In this document: in pieces, positions 56,133-59,478 of the stretch | Position numbering within the stretch: position 1 is the stretch's first letter | Layout of the letters: the number at the start of each line of letters is the position of its first letter | Virus record (IMG/VR): IMGVR_UViG_3300037313_001722 | Location: 1 to 59,478 of that record | Length of the DNA stretch: 59,478 bases | Direction: 5' to 3' (one strand) | Source of the DNA: a virus | Taxonomy: Duplodnaviria > Caudoviricetes | The notes under the pieces: generated by a model | What the model saw: only the letters and a program-made list of their open reading frames with translations | Told to the model about the DNA's origin: nothing | Databases searched by the model: none | Program-made: the position numbers and the translations under genes

Positions 56133-56840
56133 TTAGGCCAGGTCATCGATCGGGATCAGCGGCGAACGGATGATCTCGTACGCGCTGAAGTCCAGGGGCT
56201 CGGTGGAGGAGACGTTCAGGATGTCCACCAGGTCCTTCTCGACCGGCGGAATCGTGTACGCCACCGTGCTGCGGTCTTCCAGGGCGGCCCTGGCGTGGTT
56301 GTAGCCGACGGCCATGGAGCGCTGGTACGGGGTCGCGAAGCCCGTGCGGAGGGTGATGCGGTCCGGCACCCGGAGGTAGAACCGGTGGCCGGTGGAGCGG
56401 AAGCAATAATCCCCCGTGCGGACACGGAAGTCCGGGGTGGACTCCATGTCGAGCTGGTCCGCGTCGACCACACCGCGCGCCTGGAACTGCTGGTTCTCGT
56501 CGGAGTCCGAGAAGACCGCCGGACGCACGATGAGGGCCTTGAAGCCGTTCTCGAACGTCGTCCCGTAGCAGTCCGGGCACTTGTTCCGGTCGGACTGCTT
56601 GTAGGCCGAGGCGTACCGGCTCGCGATGTAGCAGGTGGGGCACCGGCCGACCAGACCGTTCTCGTAGTCGTCCAGGTGCCACATGAGACAGAACATGGTC
56701 CACTCGCCGATCTGGTACAGCGCCTGGTAGTGCCGCTGCCTCTCCTGGTCGACGGCCCAACGCTGGGGCTGGCGGACGTAGTAGGGCTGGAACGGCTGGG
56801 GGACGTTCGGCGGGGTGGGGCGCGCGGTGAACTGCGGCAT
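56133..56840 (-). CDS. Head-tail adaptor/neck protein with Zn finger
   Basis: RCPTC...KCPDCYGT. Confidence 0.65.
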   Translation of the reverse strand: MPQFTARPTPPNVPQPFQPYYVRQPQRWAVDQERQRHYQALYQIGEWTMFCLMWHLDDYENGLVGRCPTCYIASRYASAYKQSDRNKCPDCYGTTFENGFKALIVRPAVFSDSDENQQFQARGVVDADQLDMESTPDFRVRTGDYCFRSTGHRFYLRVPDRITLRTGFATPYQRSMAVGYNHARAALEDRSTVAYTIPPVEKDLVDILNVSSTEPLDFSAYEIIRSPLIPIDDLA

Positions 56841-56849
56841 GGCGGCCTC

Positions 56850-58616
56850 TCAGACCTTGATCCAGTTGCCGGTCGGCGTGGGGACCACCGTGATGGAGGA
56901 CCACTGCGTCGACAGAGTCTGTGCCGTCGCCGACCCGTCGATCGTCTGGCCGGACGTGGTGCCCACCGTGACGTTGTTGGTGGCGTTGATGCGCTTGACG
57001 GTGATCCGGCGCGTCCGGCCGACGGCCGTGGGCAGGGTGACCTGGAACGCCGCACTGGTGGCGTCCGCCATGATCACCTCATCGAAGGCCGTCACGGTGT
57101 AGGCAGACGTCACGGTCTTCACGGGGAAGGCGTCCTGGATGTTGCGGATGGTGAAGCCCACCGGGCCGTCCAGGGTGAGGCCGGAAGGGGTGAAGAGACC
57201 GCCGAGAACCACCTCTCCACGCGCCGCCGCAAGGGCCGCCCCGCTGTTGCGGTCGCCGAACTTCGGCGTGGAGGTCTCGGTGTCGATCTTCAGGTAGATC
57301 ACCGGTCCGATGCCCGAGGAGCCCACCCCCACGAAGTGGAGCAGGTACGTGCACTGCTCGATGCTGATCAGGGAGCCGGTGATCGAGTGAGCCGCCCCGA
57401 CGGAGCCGAAGTAGTTGCCGACCGGGCACAGGGCCGCCCAGCAGTACAGGATGCGCAGACCGACGATGTCCGTGTGCTCGGTGGCCAGCAGGCCGTAGGT
57501 GTAGCCGCCGCCGCAGATCACGTTATCGATCACGCAGAGGTCGTTGTTCCCGTTGGCGGGCATGAGCAGACCCGCACTGGCGCCGGAGCCGAACACGTTG
57601 GGGTTGCCGTAGCTGCCGCCCGCCACAACGCCCGTCGTGGAGTAGGCGAAGTCCCGGATTCGGGCGCAGGCCACACCGGAGAGGTCCAGTGCGGTGTAGG
57701 TGTAGCCGCTCGGGCTGTGAGCCGTGAGGATCGACAGGTTGGCGATGTCGACGTACATGTTGCTGAACACGCCGGGGCTGATGCCGTACCCGCCGGGCTG
57801 CGACGGACCGCCGATCACGCTGGGGTTGCCGCTGTTGTTGATCGAGGTGGACTGGGCCGAGGCGTTGGCGAAGACCCCGAAGGAGACGATGGTCGCCCCG
57901 GTGGTGTTCGGCCAGTTCTGCTGCCAGTGCTGCACTCCGGCGCCGGAGCTGGGACCTGTGATGGTCAGCGTGACCTTCGGGCCAGTGGCCGGAACGATCG
58001 GGAGGGTGATCTGAGCGTTGCCCTTGGTCGCAGTGCCGGTCTGGAGAGTCCCGAAGACCCCGTAGAACTTCCCTGCGGCCGAGGGGACATAGACCGTGGC
58101 CGAGCCGCTGTGGGCCAGAGCGTAGGCTACGGCGGCGTTGACGGCCCCCTGGAAGGCTGCCGTGTCGTCCGAGGCCAGCATGACCACCTTGGCGCTCACG
58201 GAGGCGCTCGCGGCCACCGAGAGGGTCACGGATCCGGCGTTCGTGAAGGAGCTGATCACGCCGACGAGAGGCGCCCCTCCAGGACCGGCCCCATCGATCA
58301 GAACGGTCTTGGTGACGTCGTCGGAGGTGAAGGGGTTCGAGGCGCTCGTCAGGACTCCGGAACCCGAGTTCATGACGGCGTCGATGACGATCTTCCCGTC
58401 ACCCTTGGCGCCGTAGTCGGCGACGTTGAAGACGGAGGAGTCCGTACCGGCGTCCGACTTCGCGGTGGAGCCGGAGAAGAGGGCGGACGCCGCCGTGGGG
58501 CTGAGCATCGCGTATTCGGCATCGGAGAGGGTGACGATGTTGCCGCCCTGGTATCGGTTGCCGTCCGGGAGGACGACGTCCACCAGCCCGCTCTTGATGG
58601 TGACGGTGTACGACAA
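56850..58616 (-). CDS. Beta-helix glycosidase/depolymerase-like virion appendage
   Basis: FNVADYGAKGDG...DDTAAFQGAVNAA...TVYVP (pectate-lyase-3/GH55-like N-terminus). Confidence 0.75.
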   Translation of the reverse strand: MSYTVTIKSGLVDVVLPDGNRYQGGNIVTLSDAEYAMLSPTAASALFSGSTAKSDAGTDSSVFNVADYGAKGDGKIVIDAVMNSGSGVLTSASNPFTSDDVTKTVLIDGAGPGGAPLVGVISSFTNAGSVTLSVAASASVSAKVVMLASDDTAAFQGAVNAAVAYALAHSGSATVYVPSAAGKFYGVFGTLQTGTATKGNAQITLPIVPATGPKVTLTITGPSSGAGVQHWQQNWPNTTGATIVSFGVFANASAQSTSINNSGNPSVIGGPSQPGGYGISPGVFSNMYVDIANLSILTAHSPSGYTYTALDLSGVACARIRDFAYSTTGVVAGGSYGNPNVFGSGASAGLLMPANGNNDLCVIDNVICGGGYTYGLLATEHTDIVGLRILYCWAALCPVGNYFGSVGAAHSITGSLISIEQCTYLLHFVGVGSSGIGPVIYLKIDTETSTPKFGDRNSGAALAAARGEVVLGGLFTPSGLTLDGPVGFTIRNIQDAFPVKTVTSAYTVTAFDEVIMADATSAAFQVTLPTAVGRTRRITVKRINATNNVTVGTTSGQTIDGSATAQTLSTQWSSITVVPTPTGNWIKV

Positions 58617-58641
58617 GAGATCCTCCCGGGAGCCAGTTCCT

Positions 58642-58674
58642 CAACCTTTCTCAGGACCTGCGGCTCCCCTGACA
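58642..58674 (-). promoter_or_regulatory. Late-promoter motif copy (degenerate)
   Basis: TGTC-N19-AGAAAGGTTG. Confidence 0.5.
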
Positions 58675-58693
58675 CGACGTGCCCCGGAAACGC

Positions 58694-58725
58694 AAAAGGC
58701 CCCACACCGTGGACGGTGGGGCCTT
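58694..58725 (-). terminator. Intrinsic terminator after the DUF397 pair
   Basis: AAGGCCCCA/TGGGGCCTT stem with TTTT on the minus strand. Confidence 0.7.
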
Positions 58726-58792
58726 CTGCGGAGAACACGCTACATCCGCACTGGACCTGACGATATCAGGTTCGCACGGAAGAGTGAAACGG

Positions 58793-58993
58793 CTACGCCG
58801 CGTTGAACTCCCCGTTGCCGACGCCCGCGAGGAACGCCGCCCACTCGTCCTTGTCGAAGCTGACCATCGGGCCCTCGGGGTCCTTGGAGTTGCGGATGTC
58901 CACCGAGCCGTCCGTGTGGAACCGGGCCTGGACACAGTTGTTCGTGCCGCAGGAGGCGGAGGACTTGAACCAGTCCTTGGCGATGGGGGCCAT
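58793..58993 (-). CDS. DUF397 protein (66 aa)
   Basis: WFKSSASCGTNNCVQA...IRNSKDPEGP...EWAAFLAGVGNGEF. Confidence 0.9.
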   Translation of the reverse strand: MAPIAKDWFKSSASCGTNNCVQARFHTDGSVDIRNSKDPEGPMVSFDKDEWAAFLAGVGNGEFNAA

Positions 58994-59181
58994 CAGACGT
59001 CGAACTCGCCGTTGCGGGCGCCGCCGATGAACGCGGCCCACTCCTCCTTGGTGAAGCTGACGGACGGGCCGTCCTGCTTCTTGGAGTTGCGGACGTCCAC
59101 GGCGCCGGTCTCGTGCACGCGGATCTCCACGCACGCGTTCTGCACGGACAGCGAGGACTTGTACCAGTCACGGACGATCAT
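58993..59181 (-). CDS. DUF397 protein (62 aa)
   Basis: WYKSSLS...CVEI...VRNSK...EWAAFIGGARNGEFD; AAAAGGAG RBS. Confidence 0.9.
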   Translation of the reverse strand: MIVRDWYKSSLSVQNACVEIRVHETGAVDVRNSKKQDGPSVSFTKEEWAAFIGGARNGEFDV

Positions 59182-59286
59182 GGGCTCTCCTTTTGTTACG
59201 GAGGGTCAGGAGCCCATCACAGTACAGGATTTGGCATATGACAGAGGCGTCATCCACGAAAGGATGACGCCTCGGGGCAGGCTGAC

Positions 59287-59478
59287 TCAGTAGTACCTCG
59301 TCCAATACCTGGGCCGGGCGGCGACACTGCCTGCCATACGAGTCGGGCCGTACCTGCCATACACGCCGCCGGAGATGAGAACGGCCGGTCGTCCCAGACC
59401 CATGGACGCGATCTTGAAGACGTCCAACTGGGACTTGATGAGCTGCTCCTCCTCCATGAGGACGTCCCGCCACCGCTG
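59287..59478 (-). CDS. 3' end of a virion (neck/adaptor-like) gene, partial
   Basis: Manual translation QRWRDVLMEEEQLIKSQLDVFKIASMGLGRPAVLISGGVYGRYG...YY*. Confidence 0.65.
   Translation of the reverse strand, partial: QRWRDVLMEEEQLIKSQLDVFKIASMGLGRPAVLISGGVYGRYGPTRMAGSVAARPRYWTRYY

Noticed and set aside
5651-58760. Many long plus-strand ORFs (e.g. 5651-8167, 18996-21377, 41620-44769, 56028-58760)
   Set aside because: Antisense shadows of real minus-strand genes; stop-poor because of high GC, with no recognisable motifs

Overview
A GC-rich (about 70%) actinobacterial myovirus segment, probably Streptomyces-infecting, with an organisation reminiscent of Bxz1/cluster-C-type actinophages. Almost everything is on the minus strand. 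1-21.2 kb is a self-sufficient replication/recombination module (sigma-70 region-4 protein, RuvC-like, Cas4-like and Hjc-like nucleases, RecA, DnaE, gp32-like SSB, J-domain protein, primase, DnaB, DnaC-like loader, 5'-3' exonuclease, DinG). 21.4-25.4 kb is a plus-strand island (initiator-like wHTH protein, papain-like peptidase, thermonuclease, antirepressor). 25.4-26.2 kb is a long non-coding, heavily base-paired tract, followed by an SNF2 helicase. 28.8-59.5 kb is the contractile-tail morphogenesis region (three paralogous fibres, baseplate, tape measure, frameshifted chaperone, tube, sheath, neck, beta-helix depolymerase) with an inverted HNH endonuclease and an orphan DUF397 pair. The most notable signals are not protein genes: (1) a candidate ~700-nt structured ncRNA with its own promoter, terminal hairpin and a tRNA-like module; (2) nine dispersed 10-bp WWTTTAAAWW-type boxes, six written into coding sequence with rare codons; (3) a phased four-box DnaA-box array inside a baseplate gene; (4) an inverted-repeat/iteron-like origin candidate inside the initiator-like gene; (5) a five-copy late-promoter motif TGTC-N19-CGAAGGRRTG. 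All calls come from manual motif reading; no database searches were run.
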